A stretch of DNA of 64,000 nt from Patescibacteria group bacterium (GTDB lineage: Bacteria > Patescibacteriota > Patescibacteriia > SG8-24 > DYFX01), in NCBI GenBank assembly GCA_041659045.1, contig JBAZZB010000001.1, positions 134,111-198,110 of the forward strand, given 5' to 3'. This document shows, piece after piece, positions 1 to 8,043 of this stretch. Position 1 is the first letter of the stretch. Each line of letters opens with the position of its first letter. The translations under genes were made by a program, and so were the position numbers. The notes under the pieces are model-generated. The model made no database searches and was not told where the DNA came from. It saw only the letters and a list, made by a program, of their open reading frames with translations.

Positions 1-248
1 GCCGTGTGCTCGAAGCGGTGGTGCCTCGTTTCTTAGAGGGTTTCCGCGTCGAGATGGCACTCAACTATGCATGTCGCGCGCGCGGTTGGCGGTACGGATC
101 GATTCCGACGCTCGGTGTCGGTCAGGTTCGCAAGATGCAAAAGATTGGCTTTTGGCGGGGACTCGCTGCGTATGCCAAAATGATTTGGGAAATCGGCGAC
201 GCGCTCATCCGTGTTCGACTAGCAAAAAAAGAATTTCTGCACACATGA
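1..248 (+). CDS. C-terminal fragment of an unidentified protein; the gene starts upstream of the window
   Basis: The frame is open from the window edge. The TGA at 246-248 overlaps the murD ATG at 245 (ATGA), which suggests a co-transcribed real gene. Confidence 0.4.
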   Translation, partial: RVLEAVVPRFLEGFRVEMALNYACRARGWRYGSIPTLGVGQVRKMQKIGFWRGLAAYAKMIWEIGDALIRVRLAKKEFLHT

Positions 249-1669
249 CGACCGTATTACGCGACAAAAAAGTGACAGTGATGGGTCTTGGTGTGAACCA
301 GGGTGGTTTGGGTGTTTCGAAATGGTTGCTACGCCAGGGCGCGCGCCTCACGATTACGGATTTGAAAGATCGTCACGCGCTCGCGGCGTCGATCGAGGAA
401 TTGGAAGCGCTGCGCGTCTCGCTTGGAAAAAAAGCGCACAAAGTTCGATATGTGCTCGGCGAGCACCGCGCTGAAGATTTTAAAGACGCGGATCTGGTCA
501 TTCAGAATCCGGGCGTGCCGCGCGATTCCGTGTTCTTGAAAATCGCTCGCAAGGCCGGTGCGCTGATCGAATCGGATATGTCGATCTTCTTCCGTTTGTG
601 TCCGCAAATGATCGTTGGCGTCTCGGGCACTAAAGGCAAGACGACGGTCACCGCTCTTCTCGGAGCGATGCTCGAAGCCTCTTTTGGTCGCGTTTTCGTG
701 GCGGGGAACATTCGAAAATCGGCGCTTGCCTACGTGATGGAGGCGAAAAAGGAAACGCCGATCGTTTTGGAACTTTCTTCCTGGCAGCTTGAAAGCCTCA
801 AGGCCGTCGAGCGCAGCCCGAACATCGCCGTTCTCACGAACGTACTGCCGGATCACCTGAATCGATACGACGGCATGAAGGATTACGCCGCCGCTAAAGA
901 ATTGATTTACGCTTGGCAGCTTCCGACGGATATTGCGATTGTTCCTTACGACAACGCCTACACCAAAAAAATGGGCGCACGCGTACGCGGCGAACGTTTT
1001 TGGGCTTCGATGAAACCGATCGCGGACGAACAGAACGGTTTGTACTACAAGAAGGGGAAGGCGATTGCGCGCGCACAAGGTATTGAAACAGTGTTGTTCG
1101 AAGAGAAAGATGTGCGACTGCCGGGCGCGCACAATCTTTGGAACGCGCTTTTGGCCGGAGGCGCTGCTTTTCTGCGCGGGGCGAAACCTCTCTCTATTCG
1201 AAAAGCACTTCGTTCGTTCAAGGGCGTACCACATCGTCTTGAGTTCGTACGCGCCATCAAGGGTATTTCCTATTGGAACGACACGGCCGCCACGACACCG
1301 GAAGCCTCAATAGTCGCGATGGAAACACTTTTCTTGAAAAAGAAAGGTGTGCTTATTGCCGGCGGAGCTGACAAGGAACTGAAGTTTTCCGAGTGGGCAA
1401 AGGCTGTGAAACGTTTTGCGAAGGAAGTCATTTTGTTTGAAGGGACAGCAACACCGAAAATGGTAAAAGCGCTCAAAAAAGAAGGTATGCCAGTCGGCGA
1501 AACGGTATCGTCCATGCATGACGCTGTTCGTCACGCCGCGCGCGCTGCGGAAAAAGGGGAGTCCGTCCTACTTTCACCGGGATGTGCCTCTTTTGGCCTG
1601 TTTGTGAATGAATTTGATCGTGGTGATCAGTTTGGTGTTGAAGTGCGCGAGCTTCACACGAAGCGGTAG
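245..1669 (+). CDS. murD: UDP-N-acetylmuramoylalanine--D-glutamate ligase MurD
   Basis: Translation MTTVLRDKKVTVMGLGVNQGGLGVSKWLL...VSGTKGKTTVTALLGAML...SPGCASFGLFVNEFDRGDQF carries the MurD N-terminal GxGxxG motif, the Mur ligase P-loop and the MurD C-terminal motif. ATG at 245. Confidence 0.9.
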   Translation: MTTVLRDKKVTVMGLGVNQGGLGVSKWLLRQGARLTITDLKDRHALAASIEELEALRVSLGKKAHKVRYVLGEHRAEDFKDADLVIQNPGVPRDSVFLKIARKAGALIESDMSIFFRLCPQMIVGVSGTKGKTTVTALLGAMLEASFGRVFVAGNIRKSALAYVMEAKKETPIVLELSSWQLESLKAVERSPNIAVLTNVLPDHLNRYDGMKDYAAAKELIYAWQLPTDIAIVPYDNAYTKKMGARVRGERFWASMKPIADEQNGLYYKKGKAIARAQGIETVLFEEKDVRLPGAHNLWNALLAGGAAFLRGAKPLSIRKALRSFKGVPHRLEFVRAIKGISYWNDTAATTPEASIVAMETLFLKKKGVLIAGGADKELKFSEWAKAVKRFAKEVILFEGTATPKMVKALKKEGMPVGETVSSMHDAVRHAARAAEKGESVLLSPGCASFGLFVNEFDRGDQFGVEVRELHTKR

Positions 1670-1738
1670 TCGCACTTGAGCGAGGCCGTGGGTGCGTATG
1701 AGAGTGAACTGTGGTATACTGAGGACGGTTTTTCCACT

Positions 1739-2516
1739 ATGATTACACGAATTTCGCGCCGCTTTGCGAAGGCTTCAGTCGTCGCGCTCGCGACACTTCT
1801 GACGAGTACGTTCTCAGCGCTGGCCGTCACGTCGATCGGTACCACTTGGCGCGCGGGTATCACGATCTGGTGCTGCCGATGCCGTCCGTGGATGCAACCG
1901 CGAAACTGCGCGTGCAGCTTGTCGCTGATGGCGGCGCAGTCTTAGCTTCTGATGACTCCGATGCGACGTTCTTGATTGATGTTCCAGATTCTATCACGCC
2001 ACCACCACTCGGAGACGGGGGCTGCCGGAGGCGTATGATCCGTTGGCGACCATTGATAGTGACAAAGGCTTGGTGGAAGCCGTAACGGCGCTCGGAGCGT
2101 TTTGCAAAGGAAATAAACTGATCAAATTGAAAGACGACGGGAATCCCGTGACGCAATATGGTAGCTCAGTCTATTATTGTGGTCGCGACGGAAAACGGTA
2201 CGTCTTTCTGAGCGTGAAAATCTATGCGACGTGGTACGTGGACTTTTCGAACGTGTACGTGATTACGGCCCAAGAAATGGCAGCGCTGCCTCTTGGGGGG
2301 AACGTGACGTATCGACCAGGTGCTCGACTCGTGAAAATTCAAAGCGATCCGAAAACCTACACCGTCAGTCGAAATGGGCTTTTGCGGCACGTGCCGGATG
2401 AGGCGACGGCCATCGCGCTTTTTGGAACGTCGTGGAGCGGCCTTGTTGATGACATCGACGTTGCGTTCTTCTTGAATTATCGCATCGGCCAGCCGCTCGC
2501 GCCGATCGCACCGTAG
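1739..2516 (+). pseudogene. Frameshifted gene for a secreted protein. The signal peptide is in frame 2, the middle in frame 1, and the C-terminal domain in frame 0. The C-terminal ~110 aa are paralogous to the C-terminus of the M23 peptidase at 12717-13748.
   Basis: ATG at 1739 encodes MITRISRRFAKASVVALATLLTSTFSALA|VTS, a clear signal peptide. Natural-looking protein continues in the +1 frame (GYHDLVLPMPSVDATAKLRVQLVADGG...DSITPPPLGDGG). After a 5-G homopolymer at 2017-2021 it continues in the third frame (LPEAYDPLATIDSDKGLVEAV...YYCGRDGKRYVF...GGNVTYRPGARLVKIQSDPKTY...). This C-terminal part is about 50% identical to residues ~230-343 of the protein at 12717-13748. Confidence 0.55.
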
Positions 2517-2594
2517 CCCGTACGAGTCCTCGCGGCTCCGGCGCGTCATTCGCGAATGGCGCGCCTTGCTGATGAGGGTGTTTTTTTATAAGCT

Positions 2595-3953
2595 GTGCAG
2601 GCTATGTTTGCCACAATCAAGAAATTCGTCCCGAAACCGATTATCCGGCTCTATCACTGGGCTTTGGCGCTTTTGGCCGCTGCCTGGTACGCCTGGCCTT
2701 CAAAGAGACTGATCGTGATCGGTGTGACGGGTACCAACGGCAAAACCACCGTTGTGAACCTGATTGCGCGTATTTTGGAAGAAGCAGGGGAGAAGGTTGG
2801 ACTCACCTCTACCGTGAATTTTCGCGTTGCGGGTGAGGATGTGCTCAACGACAAAAAAATGACGATGCCAGGCCGTTTTTTCTTGCAGAAGATGTTGCAT
2901 CGCATGGCGGAGGCTGGCTGCCGCTACGCCGTGATTGAAACGTCATCGCAAGGCCTCGATCAATTCAGACATCTTGGCATTGAGTACGATGTTGCTGTTT
3001 TCACCAATCTGACACCAGAGCACATCGAAGCGCATGGTGGATTCGAGAAATACAAAACCGCGAAACTGAAACTCTTTCATCATCTCGTGAAACATAAGCG
3101 CAAGGTCGTGCCGATGCGCGGCGACGTGAAGAAAACGATCGTCGTGAATCTTGAATCGGAGCACGCATGGGATTTTCTTGACGCTCCGGCTGACAAGAAG
3201 TATGGCTTCCTGGCCGATGGTGCGGAGAAGCCGGCTGGCAACGCGGCTTGGCCGATGGCGATCGTGAAAGCACTCGACGTACAGCTCAGGCCTGATGGCT
3301 CGAGTTTTATCGTGCGCGATGCACGTTTCGATCTGAAAATGCCGGGACGCTACAATGTCTTGAACGCAATGGCAGCTATTTCCGTCGGGTTGTCTCAAGG
3401 GATCCCGCTCGAAACGATGGCGAGAGGTCTTGCGAAAGTCGATAATGTCCCAGGACGCTTCGAACGTATTGAAGAGGGTCAGGATTTTAGCGTTATCGTC
3501 GACTACGCGCCGGAGCCGGAATCGTTGCGCCAAGTCTACGCCGCCGTCGAGCGTCTGCCGTACAGGAATATCATCCATGTGCTTGGCTCGGCTGGTGGCG
3601 GACGTGACGTGGCTCGCCGGCCGATCCTTGGAGCACTTGCGGGCGAGAAAGCTGACGTTGTCATCGTCACCAACGAAGATCCGTATGACGACGACCCGCG
3701 CTTGATTATCGAACAGGTGTCTGCGGGCGCGATCGAGTCAGGAAAAAAAGAAGGGGAGACACTTTTCAAGATCGAAGATCGTCGCGAGGCAATCGCCAAA
3801 GCTGTCGAAATGGCTGCGGCAGGCGATGTTGTCTTGTTGACGGGGAAAGGTGCTGAGCAAGCGATTGTTGGGCGAGGAGGCAAAATGACGCCGTGGGACG
3901 AACGAGTCGTGGCGCGTGAACTGGTACGCCGACGCCTCGGCAAGCTACAATGA
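2595..3953 (+). CDS. Mur ligase family protein, MurE-like (UDP-MurNAc-tripeptide synthetase), with an N-terminal hydrophobic helix
   Basis: Translation has GVTGTNGKTTV (P-loop), DNVPGRFE, VDYAPEPESL and TNEDPYDDDPR, which are MurE/MurF-type motifs. The N-terminal IRLYHWALALLAAAWYAW segment is predicted transmembrane. Start GTG at 2595 or ATG at 2604. Confidence 0.7.
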   Translation: MQAMFATIKKFVPKPIIRLYHWALALLAAAWYAWPSKRLIVIGVTGTNGKTTVVNLIARILEEAGEKVGLTSTVNFRVAGEDVLNDKKMTMPGRFFLQKMLHRMAEAGCRYAVIETSSQGLDQFRHLGIEYDVAVFTNLTPEHIEAHGGFEKYKTAKLKLFHHLVKHKRKVVPMRGDVKKTIVVNLESEHAWDFLDAPADKKYGFLADGAEKPAGNAAWPMAIVKALDVQLRPDGSSFIVRDARFDLKMPGRYNVLNAMAAISVGLSQGIPLETMARGLAKVDNVPGRFERIEEGQDFSVIVDYAPEPESLRQVYAAVERLPYRNIIHVLGSAGGGRDVARRPILGALAGEKADVVIVTNEDPYDDDPRLIIEQVSAGAIESGKKEGETLFKIEDRREAIAKAVEMAAAGDVVLLTGKGAEQAIVGRGGKMTPWDERVVARELVRRRLGKLQ

Positions 3954-3957
3954 AGTC

Positions 3958-4563
3958 ATGAGTCTTGAACGTCAATTAGGGCTGCGTGACGAGGAATCGC
4001 TCTTATCCGTCGTACGACGAGCCGCCGCGACGATGATTTTGCCGTTGTGTCTTTCGGCGATCCTCCTTCTCGCACCTCTCGTACTGCTCGTGCCGCTCTT
4101 GCGCCTGGGGTGGTACGGACAAGCTGTGATCGGCATTTCGCTTGTTGCTGGGCTTCTGGTAGGCCTACGAGCACTGCTTGATCGACAGGCATCGTTTCTG
4201 GTTGTGACGGATCAGCGCGTTATTTACGTCCGTCAGCATGGACCCTTCGACCGGCATGTCACCGAGCTTTCGTATTCCCGCATACAGCGCGTCTCCTACC
4301 GCGTAAAGGGGCTCATCCCGACGCTCTTTCGGCATGGATCGCTGATTCTCGAATCTGCGGGAGGCGAAGAACCTCTGACAATCGAACGCGTTCCCGACCC
4401 CGCGCGCGTGCAGGACTTGATCAATCAAATCCAAAGCGGCGGTCACGGTGGCTTTGGTGACATGTTGCAGTCCGTTTCCAAACTTGATCCGCGTCAGCTC
4501 GGTCTCTTGAAGGCCGAGATCGACCGCTCGCTCCGTCACCTTCCTCCAGAGGAACGCCCGTGA
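3958..4563 (+). CDS. Membrane protein with bacterial PH (bPH_2/YdbT-like) domain
   Basis: ATG at 3958 lies 5 nt after the stop of the upstream gene. Two TM helices are followed by ...FLVVTDQRVIYVRQ...SYSRIQRVSYRVKGL...LILESAGGEEPLTI, a bPH-like pattern. Confidence 0.55.
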   Translation: MSLERQLGLRDEESLLSVVRRAAATMILPLCLSAILLLAPLVLLVPLLRLGWYGQAVIGISLVAGLLVGLRALLDRQASFLVVTDQRVIYVRQHGPFDRHVTELSYSRIQRVSYRVKGLIPTLFRHGSLILESAGGEEPLTIERVPDPARVQDLINQIQSGGHGGFGDMLQSVSKLDPRQLGLLKAEIDRSLRHLPPEERP

Positions 4564-4576
4564 TAGCATTCACCCT

Positions 4577-5041
4577 ATGCGTAAGACGTCTGAACGCGCT
4601 CCACGACGCCTTGGGTGGCTGGTCGCAGGACTGGCTGTCTCGTCTCTTCTGGCTGGAGTCGGTTTTGCCCGAGAAGCGCTGCGCACCCGCCAAATCGATC
4701 GAGAAATCCAAGCGCTTCGCCAGGAAGCCGACAAGTTGCGCATCCATAACTTCCAGGTTTCTTCGCTGCAGGCTTCGCTCGACAGCGGAGAGTTCCTCGA
4801 ACGTGAAGCGCGGATGAAGCTCGGTCTTCAGAAAGAGGGGGAGCAGGTCGTGGTGCTTCGGAAAGATGCTGTGAAGCCTTTGCCCGAGACCGCAGAAGGG
4901 CCCGCCGCCCGAAGTCTCGCTGAAGGCTGGTCAAACACAAAAAAATGGTGGAATTATTTCGCTGATCCGCATGCCTTCGCCGAATATGCCCGAACCAACA
5001 GCGTTGCCGGCTCGTCCGCATCCGCTCATCCATCACGGTAG
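4577..5041 (+). CDS. ftsB: Septum formation initiator family protein (FtsB/DivIC-like)
   Basis: Single N-terminal TM, a coiled coil, then the motif FLEREARMKLGLQKEGEQVVVL typical of FtsB/DivIC. Confidence 0.7.
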   Translation: MRKTSERAPRRLGWLVAGLAVSSLLAGVGFAREALRTRQIDREIQALRQEADKLRIHNFQVSSLQASLDSGEFLEREARMKLGLQKEGEQVVVLRKDAVKPLPETAEGPAARSLAEGWSNTKKWWNYFADPHAFAEYARTNSVAGSSASAHPSR

Positions 5042-5972
5042 GCCGCCTCGGAGCCGCCGTTTTTATGCGCTGATCATCGCAGGCGCCGCGCTTTTTTTGC
5101 TGGTGTTTGGTTTCGGTTTGTATCGCTACAATTGGAACGGGGGCGTGACGCAAATCCTTACGAATGTTTTACCGTATCCGGCAGCGATCGTTGATGGTCA
5201 CGTGATACGCTTTTCCGATTATCAAAACAATCTCACCGTGCTCCAACGTTTTTACGAAGCAGAGCGCGAGCGCGCCGCACCAGGTTCAGCTTTTCCGAGC
5301 GAAGCGGAACTCAAAGCGCGTGTTCTCGATCGTTTGATTAAAGATCAGTTGGCGTTTGGGCTCGCGGATCGTTATGAAATCGTCGTGACATCGGAATCCG
5401 TGCGCGCGGCATACGACGAAACGATTCTCGATCAATCTTCGCTCGATTCGCCGACCGGGAAAGCGAAGGCAGAAGCACGAGCGGCGGAAACGCTTGATGA
5501 TCTCTATGGGCTTCGACCGTCCCAATTCAAGAATCGTGTGCTGCACCCGTTTCTCCTTCGTCAAAAGCTCGAGCAGGCGATTCAGAATGACGCGGAGCTG
5601 AATGCGGAAAAGTATAAAAAAGCCGAAGCGGCCTTGGCAGAGTTGAACGCCGGCAAGGCGTTCAAGGACGTTGCAATGACGTACAGCGAGGATTCGAATG
5701 CGGCCGCGACGGGCGGCGACCGAGGCATGATCGGACGCGGTCTTTTGCCTCCTGAGGTCGAAGCGGCTGCGTTCGCGCTCTCTCCCGGCGAAACAAGCGG
5801 CATTGTAAAGAGCGCTCTGGGGTACCACGTTCTGCGCGTGATCGAGCGACAGGAATCCGGCAGCACGGTTTTCAAGGTCAAATTACAAGAAATTCTGGTG
5901 CGCCCCATCCAGCTTGATGACTATCTGGAAGCCCAGAAAAAGACGGCCTCGATTACGGTTTTCGTCCATTGA
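4971..5972 (+). CDS. Peptidyl-prolyl cis-trans isomerase, PpiC/parvulin type (PrsA/SurA-like), membrane anchored
   Basis: N-terminal TM (FYALIIAGAALFLLVFGFGLY) and a C-terminal rotamase domain (AFKDVAMTYSEDSNAAATGGDRGMIGRGLLPPEVEAAAF...GYHVLRV). The start is uncertain (4971 or 4986 ATG); it overlaps the ftsB-like 3' end. Confidence 0.75.
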   Translation: MPSPNMPEPTALPARPHPLIHHGRPPRSRRFYALIIAGAALFLLVFGFGLYRYNWNGGVTQILTNVLPYPAAIVDGHVIRFSDYQNNLTVLQRFYEAERERAAPGSAFPSEAELKARVLDRLIKDQLAFGLADRYEIVVTSESVRAAYDETILDQSSLDSPTGKAKAEARAAETLDDLYGLRPSQFKNRVLHPFLLRQKLEQAIQNDAELNAEKYKKAEAALAELNAGKAFKDVAMTYSEDSNAAATGGDRGMIGRGLLPPEVEAAAFALSPGETSGIVKSALGYHVLRVIERQESGSTVFKVKLQEILVRPIQLDDYLEAQKKTASITVFVH

Positions 5973-5998
5973 ATCTTCCGAAGGATTCCGGTACCCTT

Positions 5999-6024
5999 GG
6001 CACGTCGCTCGCGAACGACGTGCC
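5999..6024. promoter_or_regulatory. 26-nt near-perfect palindrome GGCACGTCG-CTCGCGAA-CGACGTGCC (copy A of a 2-copy element)
   Basis: Inverted arms of 9 nt with an 8-nt spacer, followed directly by cTTGACG. A near-identical copy lies at 26998-27023 upstream of umuD. No U-tract follows, so it is not a classical intrinsic terminator. Confidence 0.35.
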
Positions 6025-6042
6025 TTGACGCGAAAACGGCCT

Positions 6043-6116
6043 GCGGGTATCGTACATCGGTAGTATGCGACCTTCCCAAGGTTGAGAGACGGGTTCGATT
6101 CCCGTTACCCGCTCCA
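6043..6116 (+). tRNA. tRNA-Gly (anticodon CCC)
   Basis: Cloverleaf: acceptor GCGGGTA/TACCCGC, anticodon stem CGACC/GGTTG with loop TTCCCAA, T-arm ACGGG-TTCGATT-CCCGT, 3' CCA encoded. Confidence 0.85.
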
Positions 6117-6117
6117 T

Positions 6118-6193
6118 GCCACCTTAGCTCAGCCGGTAGAGCAATGCTTTCGTAAAGCAGAGGTCCGGGGTTCGATTCCCCGAGGTGGCTCCA
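6118..6193 (+). tRNA. tRNA-Thr (anticodon CGU)
   Basis: Acceptor GCCACCT/AGGTGGC, D-arm GCTC-AGCCGGTA-GAGC, anticodon loop TTCGTAA, T-arm CGGGG-TTCGATT-CCCCG, CCA encoded. It lies 1 nt after tRNA-Gly. Confidence 0.85.
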
Positions 6194-6222
6194 AAAAAAC
6201 CTGACTCTTGTCAGGTTTTTTT
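6194..6222 (+). terminator. Rho-independent terminator after the tRNA pair
   Basis: CCTGAC-tctt-GTCAGG hairpin followed by TTTTTTT. Confidence 0.8.
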
Positions 6223-6250
6223 GTATACCCCCAAGTCCGTAGGAGGCATG

Positions 6251-6259
6251 TGATATACT
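6251..6259 (+). promoter_or_regulatory. Extended -10 element TGaTATACT 6 nt upstream of the ftsE ATG (leaderless transcript candidate)
   Basis: TG-n-TATACT at 6251-6259 with the ATG at 6266. The only SD-like AGGAGG (6241-6246) is too far upstream to serve as an RBS. Confidence 0.4.
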
Positions 6260-6265
6260 GTATAC

Positions 6266-6946
6266 ATGATCCGCCTGAAGAACGTTTCGAAAATGTACGG
6301 CCCCGATATCGTCGGGGTAAAGAACGTAAATTTGCACATTCGCCCCGGCGAATTTGTTTCGATTGTCGGGCAAAGTGGCACGGGTAAGTCGACGCTCGTG
6401 AAGCTTTTGATCGCCGAAGAAAAACCGAGCGGCGGTTCGATCCAGGTCGGCGGCTGGGAGATCGGACGTATACAGGAAAAAGACGTCCCAGGACTCCGTC
6501 GCCAAATCGGTGTCGTCTTTCAAGATTTCAAGTTGCTGCCGAAGAAAACCGTTTTTGAAAACGTTTCGTTCGCGCTTGAAGTCGCGGGTGTGTCCGGTCG
6601 TCGTATCCGTGAGGTCGTGCCGCACGTGCTGCGCATCGTGAACCTGGCTGGTAAAGAAGACCGCTATCCGCAACAGCTCTCTGGTGGCGAGCAGCAGCGT
6701 GTCGTGATCGCTCGCTCGCTCGTGCATCGTCCGAAACTCATCGTTGCCGACGAACCGACGGGCAACCTCGACTCCATCCACACAGGCGAGATTGTCGACA
6801 TCTTCCGTAAGATCAACGAGTTTGGAACGACGGTCGTGATGGTCACGCATAATCGTGAGATCGTGAACGCCATGCGCAAACGCGTGCTGACGATCCACGC
6901 CGGCGAAATCGTCGCGGACCACGAAGAAGGTAAATACCTCATCTAG
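6266..6946 (+). CDS. ftsE: Cell division ATP-binding protein FtsE
   Basis: Walker A GQSGTGKST, ABC signature LSGGEQQRV, Walker B LIVADEPTGNLD; 226 aa, typical FtsE size. Confidence 0.9.
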   Translation: MIRLKNVSKMYGPDIVGVKNVNLHIRPGEFVSIVGQSGTGKSTLVKLLIAEEKPSGGSIQVGGWEIGRIQEKDVPGLRRQIGVVFQDFKLLPKKTVFENVSFALEVAGVSGRRIREVVPHVLRIVNLAGKEDRYPQQLSGGEQQRVVIARSLVHRPKLIVADEPTGNLDSIHTGEIVDIFRKINEFGTTVVMVTHNREIVNAMRKRVLTIHAGEIVADHEEGKYLI

Positions 6947-7106
6947 TAGCCTCGCTCGTCGTTCCCTTTCATTCATATGCCGCGTATCTCGGCTGCAAAT
7001 CGTTCAGGACTCGTCGTGATAGCCCCGCTATCACTCGCTCGCCCTTCACGATTTTCGCTCGAGCTACGCGACATCTGAATTGAAAGCTAACTCCTCGCTC
7101 AGCTGC

Positions 7107-8018
7107 ATGTTCGTTTCTAGCGCACGCGTCATCAAATTTGCGCTCAAGGATTTCTGGAGGAATCTTGGTTTGTCGCTCATGACAATCTCGATCCTCGTCT
7201 TGACGTACCTGTCGCTTAACCTGCTCGTGATCGTGAACTTTTTCACGGATGCCGCCATTCATGTGGTTGAAAACCGCGTCGACATCTCGGTCTATTTTGG
7301 TCCGGATGTTTCCGATGATCGTATCTTGGCGGTACGCGGGGATCTGACGTCACTCCCGGAAGTAAGGGAAATCGAGTTCGTTTCGCGCGAGGCGGCGCTC
7401 GAACAGTTCAAGCGCAATCACGCCGATGAACCGGCGATTCTTGAAGCGCTGCAGGAAGTGGGGGAGAATCCGCTTGGCGCCGTCCTTGTCGTAAAAGCCA
7501 AAGACGCGGCGAGTTATGGCCCGATTCTTGAAGCGCTCGATAGCCCAGCCATCAAGGCGCTGGTGGCTGATAAAACCGTTGAAGATCATCGTGCGCTCAT
7601 TGAGCGATTGACGCTCATTACCGACAAGGTACAACGCGCAGCTTTAACGCTCAGCCTTGTTTTCGCCCTGATCTCGCTACTCATCGTTTTCAACACGATC
7701 CGCGTTTCCATCTACATTCATCGTGAAGAGATCGCCATCATGCGTTTGGTCGGTGCCTCCAACAATTTCGTGCGCGTGCCGTTCTTGATTGAAACGATGC
7801 TGTTCAATGTCCTGGCGCTTGGTCTCGTGGCCGCTGCTGTGTTTCCGACACTGGGCGTTATTGAGCCGGCCGCGCGCGCCTTCTTTGACGCGGATGTCGC
7901 GATCGGCGCTTACTATCGCGCGCATTGGCTTGAAATTTTCGGGTACCAACTCGGCGCCGTTTCCTTCCTGAGTTTGATTGCCACGGCACTTTCGATGCGG
8001 AGGTATTTGAGGAAATAA
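7107..8018 (+). CDS. ftsX: Cell division permease FtsX
   Basis: FtsX-like topology: N-terminal TM, large periplasmic loop, three C-terminal TMs ending ...FLSLIATALSMRRYLRK. It follows ftsE. The start is ambiguous (TTG 7080 or ATG 7107). Confidence 0.8.
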   Translation: MFVSSARVIKFALKDFWRNLGLSLMTISILVLTYLSLNLLVIVNFFTDAAIHVVENRVDISVYFGPDVSDDRILAVRGDLTSLPEVREIEFVSREAALEQFKRNHADEPAILEALQEVGENPLGAVLVVKAKDAASYGPILEALDSPAIKALVADKTVEDHRALIERLTLITDKVQRAALTLSLVFALISLLIVFNTIRVSIYIHREEIAIMRLVGASNNFVRVPFLIETMLFNVLALGLVAAAVFPTLGVIEPAARAFFDADVAIGAYYRAHWLEIFGYQLGAVSFLSLIATALSMRRYLRK

Positions 8019-8043
8019 AAAAAAGACCGCGCTTCAGCGCGGT
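8017..8043 (-). terminator. Intrinsic terminator for the minus-strand gene 8034-8906
   Basis: ACCGCGC-ttca-GCGCGGT hairpin that overlaps the stop codon; on the minus strand it is followed by a T8 run. Confidence 0.6.

Noticed and set aside
329-1234. 301-aa ORF antisense to murD; similar long antisense ORFs occur at 41102-42463 (in uvrB), 44299-45498 (in uvrA), 5921-6976 and 35971-37044
   Set aside because: They overlap genes with unambiguous conserved motifs on the other strand, lack RBSs, and have Arg/His-rich compositions typical of antisense frames in GC-rich DNA.
6025-6053. TTGACG-N17-TATCGT promoter-like pair after palindrome copy A
   Set aside because: The -10 falls inside the well-folded tRNA-Gly gene, so it cannot be that tRNA's promoter. 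It is mentioned only as context for the palindrome.
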